This document shows, one piece after another, positions 51,397 to 61,964 of a DNA stretch of 64,000 bases. Each line of letters starts with the position of its first letter. Position 1 is the stretch's first letter. This stretch comes from Eledone cirrhosa. Lineage: Eukaryota. The notes under the pieces are model-generated. The model saw nothing but the letters and a program-made list of their open reading frames with translations, had not been told where the DNA came from and ran no database searches. The stretch is from assembly GCA_964016885.1 (NCBI GenBank), contig OZ024747.1:33790001-33854000 (forward strand), written 5' to 3'. A program made the translations under genes and the position numbers.

Positions 51397-51685
51397 ATTA
51401 TTTTTATCTTCAATTTGAACTGAGTTCAAATCCCGCCGAGGTTGACTTTGCCTTTCATCCTTACGGGGTCGATAAAATAAAGTACCAGTAATGCACTGGG
51501 TAATTGCTGGCCTTGTGCATAAAGTAGAAACAATTATTTTTATCTTCAATTGAACTGAGTTCAAATCCCACCGAGGTTGACTTTGCCTTTTATCCTTACA
51601 GGGTCGATAAAATAAAGTACCAGTAATGCACTGGATAATTGCTGGCACTGTGCTTAAAGTAGAAACAATTATTTTTATCTTCAAT
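51397..51685 (+). mobile_element. Tandem dimer of 5'-truncated SINE C with three copies of an 18-bp target
   Basis: ATTATTTTTATCTTCAAT at 51397, 51533 and 51668. Confidence 0.85.
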
Positions 51686-51916
51686 TTTATGTATGTGTGC
51701 ATGTATATATCAGATTCTGTGTGTACAGCTATTTTTTCAGTTATTTTAATTCAGCCACACTCATATTTGTAATAGGTTTTAATTTCATATCTTATATCCG
51801 AAAATAGATATTTCATCTGAAGAATGAAACAGACGTTTCTGATAGAATCTTCTAACCTTGTGAAACCTTGGGTAATGGAACGCATATATATACATATATA
51901 TGCATATATATATGTA

Positions 51917-52245
51917 CTGATTCTGGCTTGATTTCTACAGCTGGATGCCCTTCCTAACACCAACCTCATTTACAGTGAGTGCTGGGTGCTTTTTTCCATG
52001 GCGCCCACACGTCCACTTTACAGTGAGGGCTGGGTACTTTTTTTCCGTGGCACCTCCACGACCACTTTGCAGTGTAATGATAGGGACCCCAGTCCCTATC
52101 ATCTCATTTCTACAGCTGAGTAAACTGGAGCAATGTGAAATAAAGTGTCTTACTCCAGGAAACAACACATCACCCAGTCCGAGAATTGAACTCACAACCT
52201 TTCGACTGCAAGCTCAATGCTTTAACCAATAAGCCATGCACCTTC
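51917..52245 (-). mobile_element. tRNA-derived SINE family A (tail missing)
   Basis: Reverse complement of the 16752 head and body; 51917-52075 nearly identical to RTE 3' UTR 37564-37718. Confidence 0.88.
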
Positions 52246-52257
52246 AATAAAAGTAAA

Positions 52258-52370
52258 TGCTACAACACCTAGGGTTCCCAAGTGGTCACCCATCTAAGTA
52301 CTAACTAGGCTCAACGTTGCTTAACTTCGGTGATCGGACGAGAACCAATGTTTTCAGCGTAATATGGCCA
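52258..52370 (-). pseudogene. 5S rRNA: 5S rRNA pseudogene (first few nt missing)
   Basis: Minus: GGCCATATTACGCTGAAAACATTGGTTCTCGTCCGATCACCGAAGTTAAGCAACGTTGAGCCTAGTTAGTACTTAGATGGGTGACCACTTGGGAACCCTAGGTGTTGTAGCA. Confidence 0.92.
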
Positions 52371-52488
52371 TATATATATACATATATTTATATATATATA
52401 TATATATAATAATAAATTTGAAGACTAAAATCCAAAGAGGGCTCGATAAGGATAAATATATATCAAATATATAAGAACCGTAGAGCAA

Positions 52489-52628
52489 ATATTTATTTAA
52501 AAAACAGATTAAAGTTAATCTTCTGAAACTAACAAAGTCAATCTATGATTTTGTTAGTTTCAGAAGATCACGTTAAGGGTGAAAGCAGCGATTATTTGCT
52601 TAAACTTTAATCTGTTATTTTAATAAAT

Positions 52629-52630
<2 letters not shown>
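52489..52630. repeat. Fold-back palindrome next to a long (TA)n tract
   Basis: ATCTTCTGAAACTAACAAAGTCA-ATCTA-TGATTTTGTTAGTTTCAGAAGAT, plus outer AACAGATTAAAGTT / AACTTTAATCTGTT. Confidence 0.8.
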
Positions 52631-52832
<202 letters not shown>

Positions 52833-52964
52833 GTAGATAAATCTACCAAAATATACGGTAGTGTCCAATCCGTATGAAGAACTCAATGTAATCCAAATAT
52901 CATGAAAAGAGAAGATGTATTCAAAATTTTTTTCGATGAAAATCACAGGAAAACAGAGTCAAGA

Positions 52965-53310
52965 TAAATTAATAAAAACAATGAATAAAAACAAAGAAAC
53001 AGTTCCTTATATTAAAAAATTCATCATTTTACGATCGTTTCTAGGATATATATGTGTGTGTTGGTATGTATTCATATAAATCTTTGTTGTTTTTTTTTCA
53101 ATAAACAAATATCATTATTTCTGAAGACAGCATATATATGTGTAGGTATGTATATTTCCTCTGATAGTTTGTAAGATTTTTACATAAGATTTTTACATAG
53201 ATATACATACCAACACACATATATATATCCTAGAAACGATCGTAAAATGATGAATTTTTTAATATAAGGAACTGTTTCTTTGTTTTATTCATTGTTTTTA
53301 TTAATTTATA
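52965..53310. mobile_element. Fold-back unit (about 105-bp near-perfect arms) carrying a hammerhead; probable PLE pseudo-LTR derivative
   Basis: 52965-53070 is the reverse complement of 53203-53309. Confidence 0.8.
53112..53253 (+). ncRNA. Type I hammerhead ribozyme with long stem II
   Basis: TCATTATTT CTGAAGA C...A GAA ACGATCGT A AAATGATGA; 9-bp stem I, palindromic stem III, GUA triplet. Confidence 0.8.
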
Positions 53311-53374
53311 TATATATATTTAGTTTCTGAATTTGTTTGGCAACATGAACCTCCCAAAGCATAACAATATATAT

Positions 53375-54019
53375 ATTCATGTATATGTGTGTGTCCGCAT
53401 GTATCTGTGTGTTTCTAAATATATTGTTAATAACTCCCTCTGGTCGAGCAATCTTTGAAGTGTGGGGACTGCTGGAAAGCTTCCATTACTCATACTTCTC
53501 GCCTCCTTCACCACCTCTTCTACGGCTTCGATATAAATACCCCCTCCGCCTCCGTGGTATTTTCTTCGGGGTTATAAGAGGCTTAGCTCTGTTTCTCGAC
53601 CGTTATATCGCGTGACTATCTCCCCCTCCGCCTTTTGGGATTCTTTCTCACGTCGGGTAGACGCGTTCTTGAGACTAGTAAAATGAGGTATCCTCTTGAT
53701 AAGTCGGCAGACCTCGCAAGGACTCTATATCTTTATGATGTATTGTTTTTGTTTATGCCACGAAACTACGTAGTCGAGGAATCTAGAAGCAGTTTATTTA
53801 TGATACATTTTATTACTAATTATATCTAAATGTTTCTTCTCTCTTCATAATGTATTTTTAACTCTGATACTGGTTCAGTCTAGTTCAACCGGATTGGTCT
53901 GTCCCAGTCATTCATTGAGCAACATCGGTGAAGTTGGCACCCTTAACCCACGGTTGGGTGCGGATGCATTCATGTATATGTGTGTGTCCGCATGTATCTG
54001 TGTGTTTCTAAATATATTG

Positions 54020-54022
<3 letters not shown>
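53375..54022 (+). mobile_element. Non-coding hammerhead-bearing unit with perfect 55-bp terminal direct repeats (retrozyme/PLE-like)
   Basis: 53375-53429 is identical to 53968-54022; TA-rich flanks. Confidence 0.65.
53691..53780 (+). ncRNA. Type I hammerhead, U3-A8 core variant
   Basis: TCCTC TTGATAA GTCGGCA...TGCCAC GAA ACTACGTAGT C GAGGA; GUC triplet. Confidence 0.78.
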
Positions 54023-54063
<41 letters not shown>

Positions 54064-54068
<5 letters not shown>

Positions 54069-54391
54069 AATGAATATATGATAGGGATAATAGGGATAAA
54101 CACTGATACAAGTATACATGTGTTTGCATTACAAATGACCAAGTTAGCTAGATTGAAAAATACTAATTAAAATAATACGGTTTGCCTGTCTCGACTTAAA
54201 ATAATAAATCAATAAAAACAAGCCTATATTGCCAATATAGGTTTGGTTTTATGGATTTATTATTTTAAATCGAGACAGGCAAACCGTATTATTTTAATTA
54301 GTATTTTTCAATCTAGCTAACTTGGTCATTTGCAATGCGAACACATGTATACTTGTATCAGTGTTTATCCCTATCATATATTCATTTGTAT
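54064..54391. repeat. Near-perfect palindrome of about 330 bp with a 1-nt spacer
   Basis: Centre CCTATATTG-C-CAATATAGG at 54232; arms pair out to ATACAAATG / CATTTGTAT. Confidence 0.92.
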
Positions 54392-54469
54392 TACATGGCT
54401 CAGAAATATTCCTTTCTTTGAGCTATTTAATTGTAAAGGACTATTTGAGTTTATAACTCTATATATATA

Positions 54470-54518
<49 letters not shown>

Positions 54519-54521
<3 letters not shown>

Positions 54522-54973
54522 CAAAATCAGCAGTGGTGGAGGGTGCTCTGAAAGTACAGTAGCTAGAGTCAGAACGGGATGTAAAAAGTTCAGAGAGCTT
54601 ATACCATTATTGGCCACAATAAAGGGTTCTCTCTAAAAATGAAAGGCAGGCTGTATGATGCCTGCATACGAACAGCAATGTTACATGGCAGTGAGACTTG
54701 CGCATTGTGTGCAGAGGATATACGCAGACTGGAGAGGAACGAAGCTTGCATGCTCCGTTGGATGTGTAATAGTAATATACGTGAACGGAAAACCATAAAT
54801 GAACTAAGGGAGAAATTAGGAATAAGAGGAATCAGTTGTAGTTTACTCGAGAGAAGACTACGTTGGTATGGCCACGTGATGCGCATGAAAGATGACAGCT
54901 GTATAATAAAAGTGCAGGGCGATAAAAATAGACGGTAGCCACGGAGTAGGCAGACCCAGAAAAACCTGGGACG
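54519..54973 (+). mobile_element. RTE internal fragment
   Basis: MKGRLYDACIRTAMLHGSET, RLRWYGHVMRM. Confidence 0.9.
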
Positions 54974-55010
54974 AATGTCAATATTTATTTATAAAACTGG
55001 TATATATTGT

Positions 55011-55073
55011 ATTTTGTCTGATGAAAGCATACCACAATTTAACATGGTATCCTTGAAATATGTATAATACAAT
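55011..55073 (+). ncRNA. Type I hammerhead, same family as 36141-36201
   Basis: ATTTTGT CTGATGA AAG CATACCA...TGGTAT CCTT GAA ATATGTAT A ATACAAT; 54975-55115 matches 36104-36245. Confidence 0.7.
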
Positions 55074-55121
55074 AGATATAGTTTTATAAATATAGTTTCC
55101 ATTTGTTAATATCATATATAC

Positions 55122-55188
<67 letters not shown>

Positions 55189-55377
55189 CATATATATATA
55201 TATACATATATACACACATATATATATAGAGAGTTAAAAGAATAGAGGTGTAACACACAAGTTATATATTGGTAAACGGAATAGAAAATGCTGACAAATT
55301 GTTCACAGTAAAAAATAGTTTAATTAGGAATAATTGTGAATTAGTAATTTTATTGGTTAGTATTCAGTTTTGGTTTT

Positions 55378-55420
55378 AAATTTTACCGGTTGCGCATTTC
55401 TAAATGCTTTTCAAAAATAA
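55378..55420 (-). ncRNA. Variant hammerhead-like motif (UUGAAAA...GCAA)
   Basis: Minus: ATTT TTGAAAA GCATTT AG AAATGC GCA ACCGGT A AAAT. Confidence 0.55.
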
Positions 55421-55650
55421 TTTTGAGATAGAGCGTCCGTGATGTTTGCTCTGATCTGATTAGTTTTGGGAATTCTACCTGTTTTTATGTTAAAAAAATG
55501 GCTCCAGCGCTATTAAAATTATTTTTTGCGCCAATTCGTGTTGCAAAAATTCTTGTGGTCAAAACAATTTTGATTGGTCGGTAGAAGTCATGTGAATGTA
55601 AAAAATTGATTTTGCGCCAAGACTGAGAAATGACTCTTTCACAACAAATA

Positions 55651-55683
<33 letters not shown>

Positions 55684-55772
55684 TAGTAGTAAAGTGTTCG
55701 TTGTTGTGATAATGGTTAGCAGGGATGTGTGTGCGAACCGCAGCCTGTTGACAGTTCAAATGCCTATTAAGA

Positions 55773-55838
<66 letters not shown>

Positions 55839-56218
55839 TGTGTGTATAGCAGAGTAATTCGTGGTAGAGGGATGGTCAGTAGGAATGTGTCTGTAAGGGA
55901 GTGGGGGATATTTTAACATGTCAAAATATATTTTTCAGCTCTTGTCTTATACGGAGAAGTGTGGGTGTGTGTGTGTGTGTATAAATCTCTTTGTATGTTA
56001 ATGTACGCGTGTGTATGTGTGTGTGTATATATGTGTGTGTGTGTGTGAGAGAGAGAATGTGTGTGTGGGTGGACAAGTATTTTTTTCATGGTAAAATGGT
56101 GTACATTATTCTATATTATGAGTAAAATCGATTCTATCAATAGAACATCAAAAACCTTAACAATAAAACGTGTGAAATGATATTCACTATATATATATAT
56201 ATATATACATATATTCAC

Positions 56219-56290
<72 letters not shown>

Positions 56291-56402
56291 TGTGTTGCAC
56301 CATAGAACATGTGTGTTTACGTATGTCATTGTGTTTATATGTGGGTAGAGATGTGTGCTGATGTAGGTATGTATGTTGACGTGTGTATGTTGTGGGTTCG
56401 TC

Positions 56403-56657
56403 TTAGGGAGAAGTGTTTAGACGCGGTCCGTATTTGTTAATAAAGTAAGATTCCTTGCTGATGCGCTGGGTGTGGGTGGCATTATCTTTAAATTTGTAGA
56501 GGGGAAAGATTCTGAAGTTGGGATGATTTTGGGCGGCACAGGTTTCAATGTGTTCACTCAGTGGTATTTTCCTGTATTCCCGTATTTTAATTTGGGATCT
56601 ATGGACAGTCATGCGTTGGCGGAGGCTGTTTTTGGTCTGGCCTATGTATTGTTCTCG
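56403..56657 (-). pseudogene. C-terminal half of a PLE GIY-YIG endonuclease
   Basis: EQYIGQTKNSLRQRMTVHRSQI...LSEHI...RISKESYFINKYGPRLN*: YIG, catalytic R and E, and terminal LN motifs. Confidence 0.9.
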
Positions 56658-56901
56658 AGCTGAAAAAATATCTTTTGACATGTTAAAATATCCCCCACTC
56701 CCTTACAGACACATTCCTACTGACCATCCCTCTACCACAAATTACTCTGCTATACACCCACACACACACCCACACACACACACACACACACTTGTCTTAA
56801 TAGGCATTTTAACTTTCAACAGGCTGCGGTTCGCACACACATCCCTGCTAACCATTATCACAACAACGAACACTTTACTACTACTACTACTACTACTACT
56901 A

Positions 56902-56964
<63 letters not shown>

Positions 56965-57245
56965 TATTTGTCTATGGACAGTCATGCGTTGGTGGAGGGT
57001 GTTTTTGGTCTGGCCTATGTATTGTTCTCGAGCTGAAAAATATCTTTTGACATGTTAAAATATCCCCCACTCCCTTACAGACACATTCCTACTGACCATC
57101 CCTCTACCACGAATTACTCTGCTATACACACACACACACACACAAACTTGTCTTAATAGGCATCTGAACTGTCAACAGGCTGCGGTTCGCACACACATCC
57201 CTGCTAACCATTATCACAACAACGAACACTTTACTACTACTACTA

Positions 57246-57293
<48 letters not shown>

Positions 57294-57520
57294 TTGTTGT
57301 GAAAGAGTCATTTCTCAGTCTTGGCGCACAATCAATTTTTTACATTCACATGACCACTACCGACCAATCAAAATTGTTTTGACCACAAGAATTTTTGCAA
57401 CACGAATTGGCGCAAAAAATAATTTTAATAGCGCTGGAGCCATTTTTTTAACATAAAAACAGGTAGAATTCCCAAAACTAATCAGATCAGAGCAAACATC
57501 ACGGACGCTCTATCTCAAAA

Positions 57521-57561
57521 TTATTTTTGAAAAGCATTTAGAAATGCGCAACCGGTAAAAC
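57521..57561 (+). ncRNA. Variant hammerhead-like motif (UUGAAAA...GCAA)
   Basis: TTT TTGAAAA GCATTT AG AAATGC GCA ACCGGT A AAA. Confidence 0.55.
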
Positions 57562-57672
57562 TTAAAACCAAAACTGAATACTAACCAATACAATTACTAA
57601 TTCTCAATTATTCCTAATTAAACTATTTTTCACTGTGAACAATTTGTCAGCACTTTCTATTCTGTTTACCAA

Positions 57673-57703
<31 letters not shown>

Positions 57704-58069
57704 GTATATATATATACTTGTTTTGCGAGGATTTTGGTATGAAATCGTGTGTCGAAACAAATATTGTTACACTTGGGGAGGGTCATATTGTTGTAATAAT
57801 ATTGCCAGAAATAATAACAAAACACACTCTCTGTTTGGTTAGTTTTCGCTTCTGTATCTTTTATATCTCCACAGTTAATTCATTTGGTTCTCAATGTTTA
57901 TCATTGACTGACCAACGGTCAAAAATACAGATATAAATGCATATATATAGTCTAACCAAGTTCTCTTGTTGCACATCTGCAACATCGTCAGTGGTACTAT
58001 TATGTTTCCTCTTGTTGTATTGTATGTCTAGGCCACTTTCTTGGCAGCTTGTCGAAGAGTTGAGGGACT

Positions 58070-58356
58070 GTTGATTCGTTCCATAACCTTACTGATATGT
58101 GACATGAGGGAGACTGGCCTGTAGTTTTTGGCCTCTGCTCTGCTTTCTCCTTTATGGATAGGGTATATTGTGCCTTCTTTTAGCTCCCGGGGTAGTTTAC
58201 CGCTAGCCAAAGAACTTCTGAAGAAGATCTTCAGTGGTCCCGCTAAGGCACGTTTACATGTTTTCAGGAGGACTGCTTGAAAACCATTATGTACAGCAGC
58301 TGAGTTTGTTCTAATTTCGTTTATGGCAGATACCACATCTTCCTCCATTATGTCTA
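58070..58356 (-). pseudogene. CR1/L2-group LINE RT fragment
   Basis: LAGPLKIFFRSSLASGKLPRELKEGTIYPIHKGESRAEAKNYRPVSLMSHISKVMERI. Confidence 0.85.
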
Positions 58357-58774
58357 CTAGCAGAAAAACCACCGTTCGGGTGGTTTTCTGCTAACATGTT
58401 TAGTGTGTATATTGATATTATACGCAGGTATGTATACATGTAGATATGATACATCAAATAAGATCGTAATTGACAATATATAATACATAGAAATTGAACG
58501 AAGACTGCGTTACACTGTCTTATTTAATCAGTAACGTAATCCATGATACATTAAAAAAAGACGATATTATATATAAACTGCATTAGGGGAAAATTAGTGA
58601 CAGAAAATTAGTATATTTATTTAAGCGATGGCCAACTGGAAGTGTTGACATTTCAGAAATTTTAAAGATGTGGTTGATGGTTGCCATTTCTTCATGGAGT
58701 GTTGTGGTATCAAAGACATTCTCTGGTTTTGTTACTTGCATGTGCCTCAGTGAACATGTGAACACACTTTTGTA

Positions 58775-58950
58775 CTGTCCATTCAGGGATCCTAGGTTAA
58801 TGAACCATATTTATGGAAGAGTGGCCCAATCATGCAGTGTACTGAGGCAGTTTCTTTTGCAAATTTAAAGAAGGCCTTAGGGTTTATTTTAATATTTTCT
58901 ATGGCCCTGGCTTCTCTCTCCCCTATCCTTCTCATGCGAAGGTTTGAATG
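58775..58950 (-). pseudogene. CR1-type LINE linker fragment
   Basis: EREARAIENIKINPKAFFKFAK...IGPL resembles the CR1 pattern K.NPK.F+.Y. Confidence 0.65.
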
Positions 58951-59584
58951 CAATTTCAATTTCAAGTAGTGCCTGTTTAAGATAGGGTTCCTTCTTGTTT
59001 TTCTGTTGTGCATTTAATTGGTTTGAGAGCTCAGTTCTTTGTCACATAAGGATTTTCCTGTCTCTGGGAATAAGATTGTATATGTCCATTGGCCTTTTTC
59101 TCTGGGAAAAACTTATGGCATATGGTTTATATTGTTGTCATGAAATGTTGAAAGTGTGTGTTGGTGTCTTGTATGATGTTATTGGACCAGTGGACAACTG
59201 TCCAAAGAAAGAACAGAAGGCACCGAGACACTGGGAGGAAGAAATCCCAGGTAACATGCAAGTTCTTCCGGAATGGGACCTGCTGGTATGTAGAAAGAGG
59301 GATAGGCTGTAGGTTTGCTCAACTCATGAGGTACACCCCACCTACTCACACAAATTTCCCCAGCCAAAACCAAAACCAATGCAAGCTGCCCCAGAAGTAT
59401 GCAATAAATATATATATATATTGGATAACAAGTTATTGTTTTAGGTAATCCAGTTAGAGGTTGTGAGTACTCTGTACTATGGATAATTTTAACGCACAGC
59501 GTTGTTTGACTCAACAAGTGGTTTCCTTTGCGAGGAAGCGAGTCTGCGGGAATTCTCAAGCAGATCATTCTTGGAGTAATAGTC

Positions 59585-59695
59585 GTATTCCGATGATTTG
59601 ATCAGAGACACACACTGTATTTAAGGTCGAGTGATGCAATATCAAGTGATTAGCGACCTTTAGACTCACCTGATCAATGAAACAATTGTTAATAC
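59585..59695 (+). ncRNA. Type I hammerhead with a U4C core change (probably inactive)
   Basis: GTATT CCGATGA T TTGATCAG...CTGATCAA T GAA ACAATTGT T AATAC. Confidence 0.7.
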
Positions 59696-59747
59696 TGTAA
59701 ATAAAACCCTTTTTGTACAGCCCACCATGTATTCTTCAGTCTTTCAC

Positions 59748-59789
<42 letters not shown>

Positions 59790-60113
59790 ATGATGATGAT
59801 GGCTGCCCCCTCGTTATTGAGTATGGCCATTGCACGAAAGAAACAACAACAAAAACAACAATAACGGCAATAATAATAATAACAATCATAAATATATATA
59901 CATATATATATATATTTATTCAGGTTTGAGGTTCACCACTGGATAGAGCTGGTCAATTCCGTATGGTCAATCTCAATGTAATAATATGGAGAGTACTCAA
60001 CGTAAAGCAGTTCAACCGTCTTTGCTTTTGTAATTGGTGGTGCTAGTACAGAGTTAAATATTATAATGAAATGACAGGAGGCTGGACTTGTGTAAATCCT
60101 TGAAAGGTTTATT

Positions 60114-60171
60114 ATACTATGATCATTTCAATGACCGGGTTCCGTATGAATCCGGTGATATCATCAGGTAT
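60114..60171 (-). ncRNA. Type I hammerhead ribozyme
   Basis: Reverse complement of 61745-61802. Confidence 0.8.
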
Positions 60172-61744
60172 TCGAAATATAATAAGTGAATGTAATAGAT
60201 AAAATCCATGGGGCTGTAAATCAAAGACCCGAAGACGACCGCCATCCAGCATCTTCCACCTTCGCTGGTCGCCCTGGAGTGACGTGGCTAAAGCTTATAG
60301 TGTGCTACTACCGGTCAAATAAAGGAAAACAGAAAGGGATAGGAACATAAGTCAGCGTTAATATCATGCCAAAAGAAAAGAAAGAAAGAAAGAAGAGAGA
60401 AGAAGGGGGAAGGAAGAAAAGGAAGAAGAAGAGAAGCCAGGGTTAATGTCAGCTATAAGAAGTAAGACAGAAAGAAAGAGGAGGAAAGATCGGTATTACA
60501 GTCAGGCCAGGAATGTCGCGAAAAAAATTTTTTTTATTATAAGGGATCCGTATCTTAACAACTACTACCGGTCAAATATAGGCAAACAAAAAGGGGAAGG
60601 AAGATAAGTCACCGTTAATATCATGCCACAAGGAGAAAAAACAGAAAGAAGGGAGAAGAGAAGGAAGAAAAGGAAGAAGAAGAAAAGTCAGGGTTGATGG
60701 CTACAAGAAGAAAGATAGAAAGAAAGAGGAAGAAAGGTCGATATTAATGTCAGACTAGTCAGGCCAGGAATGGCGCGAACAAAATATTTTCAAAGGGACC
60801 CATATCTTAGCAGTAGGGGTCAGTGTGTTATAATGTGTGAGCAGAAGATTGGAACGTTACATTTTTGTTTAGACTTATAGGATGAAGTTAAAAAATTAAT
60901 ATTTAATATTAACATTATAAAATTAAAGAAATTAGAAAATTGAAAGTTAAACAGTTTAACATTTTTAAGGTTGCGAGGTTTAAGCAAAGAAAGAGTCTTT
61001 TATGAAGACACTTAAATTTTATTGTAGAGTAAAGATTATGTCTTTGTTTAGCCGTCAAACAGCATGCGGCGACTACAAGCTTGAGCAGCCCATCACTCCG
61101 AGTGATATCACCTAGCGAAAGATATGGAAATCGATTTTTCCGAGCACTCTAGGAATGTATAACAGGCTTCGGGTGCGCCAGCAGGAAGTCAGCCCGCATT
61201 GTTAGGCCATTCTTGTACAAAACCAGTACTATTCCTTTACCCAGGAGGGGGATTTGCTTAAGTAGAGGAAGGCGTGATACATCTAATAGTTCTGATTTGA
61301 TCTGTAATTTAAAGGTACTATATGGCGGTAAAAAATCCGGCTGCGCGCCGGGCCCCTGGGGCGAATCAACCATTCCGAGTAGTTTCCTTTTTTTTCACGA
61401 CATTCCTGGCCTGACTGTAATACCGACCTTTCCTCCTCTTTCTTTCTGTCTTTCTTCTTATAGCTGACAATAACCCTGGCTTCTCTTCTTCTTCCTTTTC
61501 TTCCTTCCCACTTCTTCTCTCTTCTTTCTTTCTTTCTTTTCTTGTGGCATGATTTTAACGTTGACTTGTGTTCCTATTCCTTTCTGTTTTCCTTTATTTG
61601 ACCGGTAGTAGCAAACTGGAAGCTTTAGCCACGTCACTTGAGGGCGACCGGCAAAGGTGGAAGATGCTGGATGGCGGTTGTCCTCGGGTCTTTGATTTTC
61701 AGCCCCATGGATTTTATCTATTACATTCACTTATTATATTTTGA

Positions 61745-61802
61745 ATACCTGATGATATCACCGGATTCATACGGAACCCGGTCATTGAAATGATCATAGT
61801 AT
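61745..61802 (+). ncRNA. Type I hammerhead ribozyme
   Basis: ATAC CTGATGA TATC ACCGG...CCGGT CATT GAA ATGATCAT A GTAT. Confidence 0.8.
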
Positions 61803-61848
61803 AATAAACCTTTCAAGGATTTACACAAGTCGAGCCTCCTGTCATTTC

Positions 61849-61918
<70 letters not shown>

Positions 61919-61964
61919 ATATATATTTATATATATATATACATATACTGTATATATGTATATA

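Larger units (their letters stand above)
55263..57678. mobile_element. 5'-truncated Penelope-like element with an inverted pseudo-LTR and an internal tandem duplication
   Basis: 55263-55940 is the reverse complement of about 57030-57678; 56598-56965 is repeated from 56969; GIY-YIG fragment on minus strand. Confidence 0.88.
60058..61858. mobile_element. PLE-type unit with about 470-bp inverted arms, each ending in a hammerhead
   Basis: 60058-60528 is the reverse complement of 61388-61858; diverged partial repeat at 60563-60810; (TA)n on the right flank. Confidence 0.8.

Noticed and set aside
57945-57995. Hammerhead on the minus strand (CTGACGA-TGTTGCA/TGCAACA)
   Set aside because: No GAAA after stem II and no convincing stem I
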